From: Eledone cirrhosa
Lineage: Eukaryota
Direction of reading: 5' to 3'
Assembly: GCA_964016885.1 (NCBI GenBank)
Contig: OZ024742.1
Span: 327,794,001 to 327,858,000 of the forward strand
DNA: 64,000 bases
A program made the position numbers and the translations under genes. Shown in pieces: positions 9,992-22,579 of this stretch (its first letter is position 1; each line of letters starts with the position of its first letter). Under the pieces are notes generated by a model. It was not told the origin of the DNA. It worked only from the letters and a program-made list of their open reading frames with translations, and searched no databases.

Positions 9992-12248
9992 TTATCTCTT
10001 TCTCTTAATTTTGAGTATATTATTTTGACCGGCCCCCTTCCTGGTGGCAAGGTTGTAAAAGAAAATAAATTGTCATCCCTTGAATCGCAAGAATGTTTTG
10101 CAAATTTTGAAGCTGCCAGCTATCGCAGCCATCTGTAGAATATGAATTAGGGAGCTGCGCTCTTTGTCCGCAAATCCAAGTTCAGTCTTACTTTGGTCCA
10201 AACGGGTTGGTATATAATCCGTAGCTCCAATAATGATGGGTATGAAACAAAAGGTGTATCTTGGATACTGGATTTGTAAACTCCTCATCAATGGTCCATA
10301 GATGTCCTCCTCCTGTATTTTTCTGACAACGTTTACACAAGTGGGCAGCTGATCTCCACAACAGAACACGTTTCCAATGTGAGGTCCCAAACAACAATAT
10401 CAGGCCGGTTGTGCTTTAATTTGGTGGCAGTTTCTATTTTCAGGTTCCACCAGTATTCCTTAGTGCCATCTGTCTCAATATATTCTTCCTCGTTTGTTGT
10501 TAATTTTATTTTCCGAAGTGCGTTTCAGATGGTTCTAGCTATCTCTTCGTGTCTCATGGGGGGGGGGGGGGGGTAGTAGCAAGATGACATTCTTTCGCAG
10601 CTGGCAACAATGTGGCTTACATCTTCGATCTTTGTTTTACATAGTCTACATTTATTGTCAGCTGATGGCCCTCCCCTTTTGTGCAGCAGATATTTGGTAG
10701 GGAGTTCTTGTTCCTGTATTGCATAGAGATATCCCTCAAGGTGTGATGTCATAAACATGTCGGAACTCCATGCCAGGCTTTTTGAGTGGTTTATCCCCTC
10801 TATGGTCTGTGTTTTACGTCTCAAGTATCCATGAACAACTTTTTCTGTAAATTGGTCAATTTTTTCATCTTGTTTGAACATTGAATAGGATCTTCCGATT
10901 TCTCTGGAGGAGAGATTTATATCAGGCTTTATTCCATATCTGTCCTCCAGATCAGTGGCTATTCTAATGATATATTTTTTTTCATGCTCATAAACCTGGG
11001 CAAGATGGTTGCCAACCTTTTCCTCTGTTGAAGATGTTGCTTCAGTGTTACTATCCGGGTCTCATATGATGTTAATATGGATATTAGACTCCGGCCACCT
11101 TCCTTGCGTGAGAAGTATAGCCTATCCACATCACCATTGATGTTAAAGTTCCCAGTAACACTGAAAAGTTTTCGAGTTCTAACATCCATCTCACTTAGTT
11201 CTTGCATTGACCAGTTCAGCAGGCCAAAAGTTGGCGTTATAATTGGCACAGCATAAGTATTGTGGGCAATGTAGTTGTACGCTGACAGTTCTGATGACCA
11301 TATTTTCTTTACTCTTCTGAGGTATTCAGTTCTGGTTCTCTCATTATTTATAGGTCCATCATATCTGACATTCTCATCCTGTCCAAGATATCTGTAGTTG
11401 TCACCTGACTATAGAAGTTGTATTGTCAGGCCGTTTATCTCTAGATTTCTAGAGGAGGGCACAGTTCTTCCACGTTTTACTGCCTAATATGCACACTTGG
11501 ACTCACCAAATTTCATTTTTATGTCTGCTGAAAATTGTGTAATGAGGTCCAATTGTTTCTTGATGTCATTGATATTTGGCCCATACAACTTCAGGTCATC
11601 AACAAAGAAAAGATTGGAGATATATCTGGACCCACTTCTTTGTACACCTTGTTTCCTGAGTAGGTAAGATAGTGGATTAAGTGAGAGAAGGAAGAGTAGC
11701 ACTGACAAGCTATCACCCTGTAAGATGCCCTTCTGGTAATGTATCTTATCAGTCTTAACTTGCTCCTTCTCACCTCTAAGGATAAAATTGGTGTACCAGT
11801 TCTTGGTCAGACGTTCAACAGCAGCTACCAGTGGTTGTGGGACTTTGGCTAACTGTAAAGCCTTAACAATCCACCCATGAGGTACACTATCAAATGCTTT
11901 TTGATAGTCCAGCCACACCACAGTCATGTTTCTGCGATTCTTTGTTGTTTTTTCTTGAATCATTTTATTAGTTAGTGGGTGATCTATGCAACCCCACACC
12001 TCCCTCTTTCCACCAGCTTGCTCAGGTGTTATGATGTTGTTGGTAGCACAGTGATCCTGTAAGAACAGGTTAAGGCACCCAGTATATAATTTATACATGA
12101 TGTTTTGGCAGGCTATTGGGCGGTATTTTTAGCAAGGGTGGTTTGGCTATTTTGGGGAATGGGGAGAGTAGTGGCAGTTGATAACCATCTGGGCAGTTCT
12201 TGTGTGCCTTTAATGGTTTCTGTAAACAGTCGTATGAGATCTTGCCAA
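9992..12248 (-). mobile_element. R4/Dong-like RLE LINE, 5'-truncated, disrupted
   Basis: ORF pieces 11484-12098 (YQKAFDSV, QGDSLS, FVDD), 10959-11249, 10525-10881 (CRLC..H..C), 10073-10390; 3' end joins (CATA)n. Confidence 0.9.
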
Positions 12249-12360
12249 TATGTATGTATGTATGTAAGTATGTATGTATGTAAGTACGTATGTATGTAAG
12301 TATGTATGTATGTAAGTACGTATGTATGTAAGTACGTATGTATGTATATATGTATGTATG

Positions 12361-14803
12361 TTTTCTCTTTCTCTTAATTTCGAGTATATTTTTTTGACCG
12401 GCCACCTTCCTGGTGGCAAGGTTGTAAAAGAAAAGAAATTGTCATCCCTTGAATCGCAAGAATGTTTTGCATATTTTGAAGGTGCCAGCTATCGCAGCCA
12501 TTTGTAGACTATGAATTAGGGAGCTGCGCTTTTTGTCCGCAAATCCAAGTTCGGTCATACTTTGGTCCAAGCGGGTTGGTATATAACCCGTAGCACCAAT
12601 AATGATGGGTATGAAGCTAAAGGTGTATCTTGGATACTGGATTTGTAAGCTCCTCATCAATGGTCCGTAGATGTCCTCCTTCTCCTGTATTTTTCTGACA
12701 ACGTTTACATCAAGTGGGCAGCTGATCTCCACAACAGAACACGTTTTCAATGTGTGGTCCCAAACTACAATATCAGGCCGGTTGTGCTTTAATTTGGTGG
12801 CAGTTTTTATTTTCAGGTTCCACCAGTATTCCTTAGTGCCATCTGTCTCAATATATTCTTCCTCGTTTGTTGTTAATTTTGTTTTCCGAAGTGCGTTCCA
12901 GATAGTTCTAGCTATCCCATCGTGTCTCATGGGGAGGTAGTAGCGAGATGACATTCTTTCGCAGCTGGCAACAATGTGGCTTACATCCTCGATCTTTGTT
13001 TTACATAGCCTACATTTATTGTCAGCTGCTGGCCCTCCTCTTTTGTGCAGCAGATATTTGGTAGGGAGTTCTTGTTCCTGTATTGCATAGAGATATCCCT
13101 CAAGGTGTGATGTCATAAACTTGTCGGAACTCCATGCCAGGCTTTTTGAGTGGTTTATCCCCTCTATGGTCTGTGTTTTACGCCTCAAGTATCCATGCAC
13201 AACTTTCTCTGTAAATTGGTCAATTTTTTTTTCTTGTTTGAACATTGAATAGGATCTTCCGATTTCTCTGGGTGAGAGATTTATATCAGGCTTTATTCCA
13301 TATCTCTCCTCCAGATCAGTCGCTATTCTAATGATATTTCTTTTTTCATGCTCATAAACCTGGGCAAGATGGTCGCCAACCTTTTTCCTCTGTTGAAGGT
13401 GTTGCTTCAGTGTTACTATCCGGGTCTCATATGTTGTTAATATTGATTTTAGACCCCGGCCACCTTCCTTGCGTGAGAAGTATAGCCTATCCACATCACC
13501 ATTGATGTTAAAGTTCCCAGTAACACTGAGAAGTTTACGAGTTCTAACATCCATCTCACTTAGTTCTTGCAATGACCAGTTCAGTAGGCCAAATGTTGGC
13601 GTTATAATTGGCACAGCATAGGTATTGTGGGCAATGTATTTGTTGTATGCTGACAGTTCTGATGACCATATTTTTTTTACTCTTCTGAGGTATTCAGTTC
13701 TGGTTCTCTCCTTATTTATGGGTCCATCATATCTGACATTCTCATCCTGTCCAAGATATCTGTAGTTGTCACCTGACTGCAGAGGTTGTATTGTCAGGCC
13801 GTTCATATCTAGATTTCTAGAGGAGGGCACAGCTCTTCCACGTTTTACTGCCAAATATGCACACTTGGACTCACCAAATTTCATTTTGATGTCGGTTGAA
13901 AATTGTGTAATGAGGTCCAATTGTTTCTTGATGTCATTGATATTTGGCCCATACAACTTCAGGTCATCAACAAAGAAAAGATGGGAGATACTTCTGGGCC
14001 CACTTCTTTGTCCACCTTGTTTCCTGAGTAGGTAAGATAGTGGATTCAGTGAGAGAACGAAGAGTAGTACTGACAAGCTATCACCCTGAAAGATGCCCTT
14101 CTGGTAATGTATCCTATCAGTCTTAACCTGCTCCTTCTCACCTCTAAGGATCAAATTGGTGTACCAGTTCTTGGTCAGGCGTTCAACAGCAGCTACTAAT
14201 GGTTGTGGGACTTTAGCTAACTGTAAAGCCTTAATAATCCACCCATGAGGTACACTATCAAATGCTTTTTGATAGTCCAGCCACACGACAGTCATGTTTC
14301 TGCGATTCTTTGTTGTTTTTTCCTGAATCATTTTGTTAGTTAGTAGGTGATCTATGCAACCCCACACCTCCCTCTTTCCACCAGCTTGCTCAGGTGTTAT
14401 GATGTTGTTGGTAGCACAGTAATCCTGTAAGAACAGGTTAAGGCACCCAGTATATAATTTATACATGATGTTTTGGCAGGCAATTGGGCGGTAATTTTTA
14501 GCAAGGGTGGTTTGGCTATTTTTGGGAATGAGGAGAGTAGTGGCAGTTGATAACCATCTGGGCAGTTCTTGTGTGCCCTTAATGGTTTCTGTAAACAGCC
14601 GTATGAGATCTTGCCGATAGAAAGTGAAATTCTTCAACCAGTATCCTGTAATGAGGTCTGGGCCTGGCGATTTCCTATTCGACATTTTCTGTAGAGCTGT
14701 TTCCAGTATTGACCCATCTATGTCATATTGTTTTGTCTGGACATGTTGGCAGTAGTCCTGTTCCAGTTGTTTTAGCCAATTAGCTTGTCTGTTGAATCCG
14801 TCA
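12361..14803 (-). mobile_element. R4/Dong-like RLE LINE, 5'-truncated, ORF still open
   Basis: About 790 codons uninterrupted; ~80 bp 3'UTR with GCCACC-AGGAA-GGTGGC hairpin; both ends in (CATA)n. Confidence 0.92.
12442..14803 (-). CDS. RT + CCHC + restriction-like endonuclease (N-terminally truncated)
   Basis: KSPGPD, NYRPIAC, DYQKAFDSVPH, GIFQGDSLS, FVDDLKLY, GGRGL, CRLCKTKIEDVSHIVASC, RHD, RPDIVVWD, EISCP. Confidence 0.9.
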
Positions 14804-14869
14804 TGTATGTATGTATGTATGTATGTATGTATGTATGTATGTATGTATGTATATAAGTATGTATGTATG

Positions 14870-14901
<32 letters not shown>

Positions 14902-14991
14902 TGTATGTATGTATGTATGTATGTATGTATGTATGCATGCATGCATGTATCTATGTATGTATGTATGTAAGTATGTATGTAAGTATGTATG

Positions 14992-15604
14992 TCAGGTCAC
15001 CAGTTGGTGCTACTGGTAACATGTATCCCAGTACAACCTGTCTCATGGTCGGCTCGTTGGCGACTAAACTGGCAACCCCACCAAGGTTTCTTGGTGAGGA
15101 GGGTGACTTTGGACATCCTGCAGGACTAAAAACAAAACCTGTCAAATGGCAAAGGAGCTCTTAAAGTCAATGGTCATCCAAAATCACCGGGAGAGATGAC
15201 ACCTTAGCCTTTGTCAAGGCAGAATTCTAGGAGAAGGAATACTCTGATATAACACCTGCAACCCTGATGGTATCCAATGATGTTGACTTGTTCTTCCCTT
15301 TGGTAAATATCATCTTGGTTAAGAGAAGAAAGTGGGACTGGCTTTGTGCACTGCCTTTGCTCACTTTAAAAGCTTCACGGCACAGGCATTTCTTTATATC
15401 TGGAGATCTCTCTGCACATGTTGTCACATGGTACCATGGGTCCAACACTATGTGTCAATAATTGTCACAAGTGTAGTGTTTGTACCAGAGTTTTCATGTC
15501 GCAGGCTGGACTAAAAAGTCACACTCGTTCAGCGCATCGGTAGGGCTTCTCCTACATGGATATAAAGTAGTGGCCGTACTCGAAAACGAGTTGGCAGCCA
15601 TCAT
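14992..15604 (+). mobile_element. Family A non-autonomous element, full length (~610 bp)
   Basis: Same 5' start (CAGGTCACCAG) and 3' end as 15674 and 49628 copies; contains GGAGAAGGAA(A/T)ACTCTGAT, reminiscent of RTE 5'UTRs; TATG flanks. Confidence 0.88.
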
Positions 15605-15673
15605 ATAAGTATGTATGTATGTATGTATGTATGTATGTATGTATGTATGTATGTATGTATGTATGTATGTATA

Positions 15674-16279
15674 TCAGGTCACCAGTTGGTGCTACTGGTA
15701 ACATGTATCACAGTACAACCTGTCTCATGGTCGGGTCGTTGGCGACTAAACTGGCAACCCCACCAAGGTTTCATGGTGAGGAGAGTGACTTTGGACATCC
15801 TGCAGGACTAAAATCAAAACCTGTCAAAGGGCAAAGGAGCTCTTAAGAGTCAATGGCCATCCAAAATCACTAGGAGAGATGACACCTTAGCCTTTGTCAA
15901 GGCAGAATTCTAGAAGGAAAACTCTGATATAACACCTGCAACCCTGATGGTATCCAATGATGTTGACTTGTTGTTCTCTTTGGTAAATATCATCTTGGTT
16001 AAGAGAGTGGGACTGGCTTTGTGCAGTGCCTTTGCTCACTATAAAAGCTTCACGGCACAGTCATTGCTTTATATCTGGAGATCTCTCTGCACTTATCGTC
16101 ACATGGTACCATGGGCCCAGCACTATGTGTCAATAATTGTCACAAGTGTAGTGTTTGTACCAGAGTCTTCAAGTCGCTGGCTGGACTAAAAAGTCACACT
16201 CGTTCAGCGCATCGGTAGGGGTTCTCCTACATGGATATACAGTAGTGGCCGTACTCGAAAATGAGTTGGAAGCCACCAT
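15674..16279 (+). mobile_element. Family A non-autonomous element, full length
   Basis: Tandem diverged copy of 14992-15604 separated by (TATG)n. Confidence 0.88.
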
Positions 16280-16485
16280 GTATGTATGTATGCATGTATG
16301 TATGTATGAATTTGTATGAATCTTTGTACAAATGTATGTAAGAATGTATTCATGTATGCATGTATGTGCTTATGAATCTCTCTCTCTATATATATATTTG
16401 TGTGTACGTGTGTGTACCTGTGTGTATATCTGTGTGTGTATCTGTATATATCTGTATATATATATATATACTGTATGTGCTTATG

Positions 16486-16554
<69 letters not shown>

Positions 16555-16795
16555 CTCTCTCTCTCCCTCTCTCTCTCTCTCTCTCGTTTCACACACACAT
16601 ATATGTATATGTGCGTAGCAGTATATATATTCTCTATGTATGTACGTCTAAATGTATATGTGTTTCCAATTTCAAAAAATGATGAAAATTCGGAATTTCA
16701 GGCAATTTACTCAATGTAAAACGTTGAATTGGTGTATTCATTTCAATGCACATTCTGACAAATAAATACATCCTTATAGAAGAGGAGAGAGACAC

Positions 16796-16887
<92 letters not shown>

Positions 16888-17074
16888 CTACTATGTATAT
16901 ATGTATATATGTATGAACACATAACTCTTGGTGGTGTCGCAGGAGTGCCGCAGTGCCATGTAGGGTTCTTTTTGCATTTATTAAAACTGGCGGAATCCAA
17001 CCATCCACCAAGTCTCAACTTATACCATTTCTTTCAGAGAAGGAAAAGAGTAATAAAGAGAAGCGAGAAGGATA

Positions 17075-17240
17075 TATAGAGATATAGAGAAAGTAACGAC
17101 CACAGAACGGGACTACAGTTCTTTTTTTATCGATCTCGAAAGGCTGAAAGTTAAAGTTGACCGCGGTTGATTTTGAACTGAGAGAGCCAAGAGCCAGATT
17201 GAATTCCACAAAAATATTCTATCCGACCTTCTAACGACTC
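17075..17240 (-). mobile_element. Degenerate tRNA-type SINE
   Basis: Partial match to core TTTTATCGACCCC..AGGATGAAAGGCAAAGTT..GATTTGAACTC. Confidence 0.55.
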
Positions 17241-17889
17241 TTGTAATAATATTGAACCTGTCAAAAATGGCGAGGTTTCTATTATAATATATCTAATTTA
17301 ATAATTTTTTTAGTACAACAATCTATTTAAAAATACTGGATATCTTGATTATCCAAGACAGACCTCAATATTTTCGCTCTGGTCATCACTGTATTTCATT
17401 TTACATTCGTTTAAATCAATTACAATTTTCTTCCATATATCCTTTAAATATTATCAAATTTATATAAATTAAATTACGATAATTTTGTTCTTCCTACCTA
17501 CCTACCTACCTACATACAGACATACATACATACCTATCTATCTTCCTAACAACCTACCTACCTATTTATCTATCTATATATCTACAAATATATATATATA
17601 TATATGTACATATATATATATAAATATATATATGTGTATGTTGTGTATGTGTGTGTGTGTCTGTGTGTGTATATATATAATAGTAGAACACTGGTGGCTT
17701 ATATCCGTAGAGTAGAGCCCTCAGTCCATGGGACGAGTTTAGTAGAAGTAGTTCCACAACAGTTATTCACCATTTCCGAGATCAATTGTTTGGCCTTAGG
17801 CGGATCATCAGCTCGATTTAAATGAGATTTTGCCGAAAAGGAAAAAAAACAAAACAAAACAATTGTACGAATACGTATGTGTTGTTCGA

Positions 17890-18257
17890 TGGACCCGAGT
17901 TGTAAAGGCGCACCGTGGCAACAAACCCTCAAAATGGTCTTTGACAGACCAAGACGGGCCTGCGGTGGTCGATTCCAAGTAGATGCGCGCGGCTTTTCGT
18001 CAGCGCTTTCCACAACTGTTCGGAGAAAGCGGGGTTTTGGAGACGGTGATGGACTTCAGTTCCTATCCCAATGGCCTGCCACGACTCTCAGCGAATGATG
18101 CGGGGTTTTCCGAAAAGCCAATAATCAGAAAGTCGATAATCAGAAAGACCTGGCCGACAGTATGTGGCCTAAATCGTCCGGTTTGGATGGTCTAACCTAT
18201 GAGTTTTACGTAGATATGCCAGAATTGTTCTCTGATCTCATCGAAGACGTCTACTGC
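17890..18257 (+). pseudogene. Degenerate Tx1 ORF2 fragment
   Basis: Aligns to 6440-6783 (RQRFPQLFG, DFSSYPNGLPRLS; GGTTTGGATGGTCT...ATATGCCAGA). Confidence 0.8.
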
Positions 18258-18369
18258 GAAACTCAAGAGAAACACTGCTCACTCTCACTTATTTAAACTT
18301 AATAAAATGAATATTTAAACTCTATCTCGGATTGAGTAATCTTCTCACTTGGCCATTAACTACATACGG

Positions 18370-18469
<100 letters not shown>

Positions 18470-18823
18470 TATACTGACAGGTTGAAATTTATCTCAGTAA
18501 CATTATGTTAAAGGTTGATACACAAAATAGGTAAATAAATATATGAATAAAATAAAATAAAATAAAATATATAGACAAATAAACGCATGAGAGAAAATCT
18601 AAAGATTTCTATATTTTTGCTTTCAATCTTAATATCGAAGTAAAAAAGTATCACTGTCGTTGGATCAGGTCAGTTTAACTTTCTTTCTATTATGGATTCA
18701 TTTACTTATGTTTGGCAGTTCTTTTTTTAGATTTATATTATCCTATAAAATATTTTTTAGCCTCTAATATCTCTATTTCTCTCTCGCTCTTTCTCACTCT
18801 TTCTCTCCTTCTCCCCTTCCTCA

Positions 18824-19280
<457 letters not shown>

Positions 19281-19319
19281 TGTGTGTGTGTGAGTGTGAG
19301 GGTGTCTGTGTATGTGTGT

Positions 19320-19560
19320 AGTGAAAGTGCGTGATACGGAGGTTAGAATTGTTGCGCTCACAATTGTCGGTCTGTGAGTTCGATTTCCGGAGCAGGAGGT
19401 GCCTTGTCTCCTGGAACAAGACACTCCATTTCTCATGGCTCCAGTTCACTTAACTGAAAAACATGTGCGATGTCACTTGTGCCAATCTATATCGGTCTTT
19501 GCTGTTCACTTGAACAACATTAATGGCATCGCTGATAAACTTACTCTCTACAAGACCTAT
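19320..19560 (+). mobile_element. Second, degenerate tRNA-type SINE
   Basis: A-box-like GTGATACGGAGG, B-box-like GAGTTCGATTTCC. Confidence 0.45.
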
Positions 19561-19829
19561 GGTCATTCGTGAGCCAAAGTAGATCTTATATACATAAACC
19601 CACACACATATATATGCATACACACACACACAAAAATATCCATCGGTGTCACATATTGGTGTAGTATATAATTATTGGCAAGACCCCACCCCCCCAAAAA
19701 AATGATAAATGAAAATAAAAATAAAGGATCCGACACTACCTTACCACTCACATCTTGTTAAATACATTGAACCGGTGCTTAGTTGCATGAAACATCCCCC
19801 AAACCTACCTATATATATATATATATTCA

Positions 19830-22425
19830 TTAGTTAAGCAAAACAAGACCACAAATTTCACAAGGAAGACATTATTAAAAGATTGTCAACAATTTTTAGT
19901 TTGATGTAAGGAATGTAAAGAATAATAATAATATTAATAATAATAATGTCCGTTTACAATTGTTTCGCTATTCCATATAATATTTCTGGATCAGATGACT
20001 ATATATCATTATTGATCTAGTTCAGTTGAAAATAATTAACATATTTAAAAACAGAGCGGCTCATCGGAACTTCAAAGGAATATAAATTAAAGTAAGGAGA
20101 GAATGTTACATAATGTAATGTTCCATATATTGGTATTTCACTATGGTGTCCTGCTTGTATCAATTGTCAGTCATAATCAAGCAGGATTCAGCTGTCGAGG
20201 CTGTATTGTGTGTGATCGGCCTATGGGTAACAAGATGGCCGCCCAAGGACATATTTACCTTACTAATTAGAGGGTGGTTTCAGGGGAAGTAACTCCTCGA
20301 GAGATTAGAAATTGTGGGTAGTTTATAGTTAAGTGCTAATTTTTAATTTTTTTAATTGAGTGACAATGTAGGGGAGGTAATTTATAATTATCTAAGTTAG
20401 TTATAGCTATTTAACTTATTAGCTACAATTAAAAATGGGGCTAGATGACTATGTTGGGTCAACTATTCTATTGGCGAAGGAATTAGCCCTTCGATGTTGA
20501 CAGCTAATAGTTACCTCCGTTCTATCGTTAATCGGTAGAGGTCGTGATAGAGTTATGTAATATGCTTCGGTAATACAGAGATCACAAGATTTTCTTCGTC
20601 CATTGAACGGTTGGGCCCTAGCTACGATATCCCATTTTAGTGAGTGTTCAATGTTGCTTAATTTAAGGTTTTTAATGAGCCTAGCTAGAGATGTCGAACA
20701 TCTGTTGCTAGGGTCTCGGAAGGAAAAAGAGTGCGCGTTATAGCGTACCTTAAAAGGGTTAGAGGTAGACCCGATATAAGAGCTGGTATTCGAAGCAGTT
20801 TTAACCGTGCACGTATAGACTATGTTGGGTGTCAGGCAGTGTCCATTTAATGGGCATGCATTAGGGTAACGGCAGTTGCAGTTGCTTCTGCGGTTAATGA
20901 GAGTAGGGTAGTTTAACCAGGCGGTTGGTCAGTGCTAGAAGGATTATATGGGGGAGGTGTGCTACTAGAGTAATTATTGGTGTAGTGGCGTGGTGTATTT
21001 GATAGGGGTGGTGGTACCGCGGTGTGGGAGTTATACTGTCTTAGTTCATGATGGTTACTGAATGCGATGTGGCTAGGTTAGGTGTTATTTTTATTAAAGA
21101 GTTTGTAATATCTATGGTGGTGGTGGGGGGGGGGGTTTAGATAGGATAGAGAAGAAGCGTTTAGGGATATTAGTAGCTAGATTAGATGAGAATGGGGGGT
21201 TAAGCCATGTGATATTTCTAGGTCTATTCCTCCTAGGGGCTCTAGTGGAGTTGGTAGGGGCCTTCCAAGGGTTATTATTACCTGGGGATTTGTTATTTGT
21301 CATCCCATTTCTCATTTCTATTCTAGGGTTGATTTTTAGTTTGCTACTTGGAGTGGGGAGCAGGCCGCTGCCACCATTAAACTTCCCTGTATAGGTGCTG
21401 TTACTGCTAAAATTCCGGTGAATCTGGCTATATGCTAAGGTATTTCTAGTTCTAGTGTTAAATTTATTATGGTGAATTGCTGTGTTATGGCATGTAGTAA
21501 ATGAATTGTTCATAACCAAAGTCAGAAAGAGCTTTATTATAATATTGTGCATGGTTTATAAATATCTCCTCATTTGCTGATAGCATGGAGATCCTATACG
21601 AGATATATTTGATTACTGCTCTGATGACTGCCGGTGGGTGGTTAGAGTGTGGGCTAATATATGTGAGTATTTCACCTGGTTTATGGTAAGGGTAATATAG
21701 GTTATTGTTGAGATCCAAGGTGACGTCTAGGAAGTTTACTACTTTATGGTTCGGCTCGATGGTGATAGAGAGACCGTTATTTTTAAAGAATCTATGTAAT
21801 TGTTTTTTAGCAAATCAATGCCCTGATTAGTGCAATTGTGGACTGCAAATAGGGCGTCGTCCCTGTATATTCCGCCTTGCAAGGGTTGGATTACGGCTCT
21901 GATGTTATGTAATAGGTAAATTCCAACTAAATCGGTGATTTGCGCAGTCTCTTTAGCCCATCGTGATGTCAAAGTTGTCTGTTCTATCTTTTCTAGTCCA
22001 GAGTGCTCCGTTGAATTCAATGATGGTCTGCCTAGCCATAAGTATGATGTTAATCTCATTATTGGTTATGTCCGAGTTGGTGCTGGCTAGGGTTAATGCT
22101 TTGTTGAGCAGTTCCGGGGTTTCTGAAGCGTAATAGCTGTCGATGTCAAATTGGATGAACCTCATAGATTGCTTGGACCTTAGATCGGAGAACCATCTAA
22201 TGACTTGGCCGGTGTTGGACCACAGCTTGTAGGTGATATCATCTCGTAGCCCAGGGATTATCCTATCAAGGATGTTCTTACTGATACGACCTAGGTCGGA
22301 TGTGGTTGGGCTTATAAGTCTAATAGATGGGTCCTCTATAAAGTTTGGCTTATGATCCTTGAGAGAGAACCTTGGGGTTGTTGGTACATAAGGGTGGGTA
22401 AATCTATCCAGATGCAAGTCCTTAA

Positions 22426-22428
<3 letters not shown>
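19830..22428 (-). mobile_element. Penelope-like element, degenerate, 5'-truncated, in (TA)n
   Basis: RT pieces (KDHKPNF..RLISP, QFDIDSYY, YRDD, YYPYHKP..SNHPP); GIY-YIG read by hand at ~20700-20885: CNCRYPNACPLNGHCLTPNIVY..SYIGSTSNPFKVRYNAH. Confidence 0.88.
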
Positions 22429-22502
<74 letters not shown>

Positions 22503-22579
22503 TTTGAAGAATAGGTAGGTTTGTGAGATGTTTCATGCGACTAAGCACCGGTTCAGTGTATTTATGGCCGATCTGGAGC

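Noticed and set aside
12376-12388. TACTCGAAAT in R4 3'UTR resembling the RTE 3' hairpin
   Set aside because: No complementary CGAG arm, and changed in the 10010 copy; likely chance.
14951-16189. Recurrent 60-80 aa ORFs in family A (MVSNDVDL...)
   Set aside because: Frame broken in the 15267 copy and no domain; recurrence reflects copy identity.
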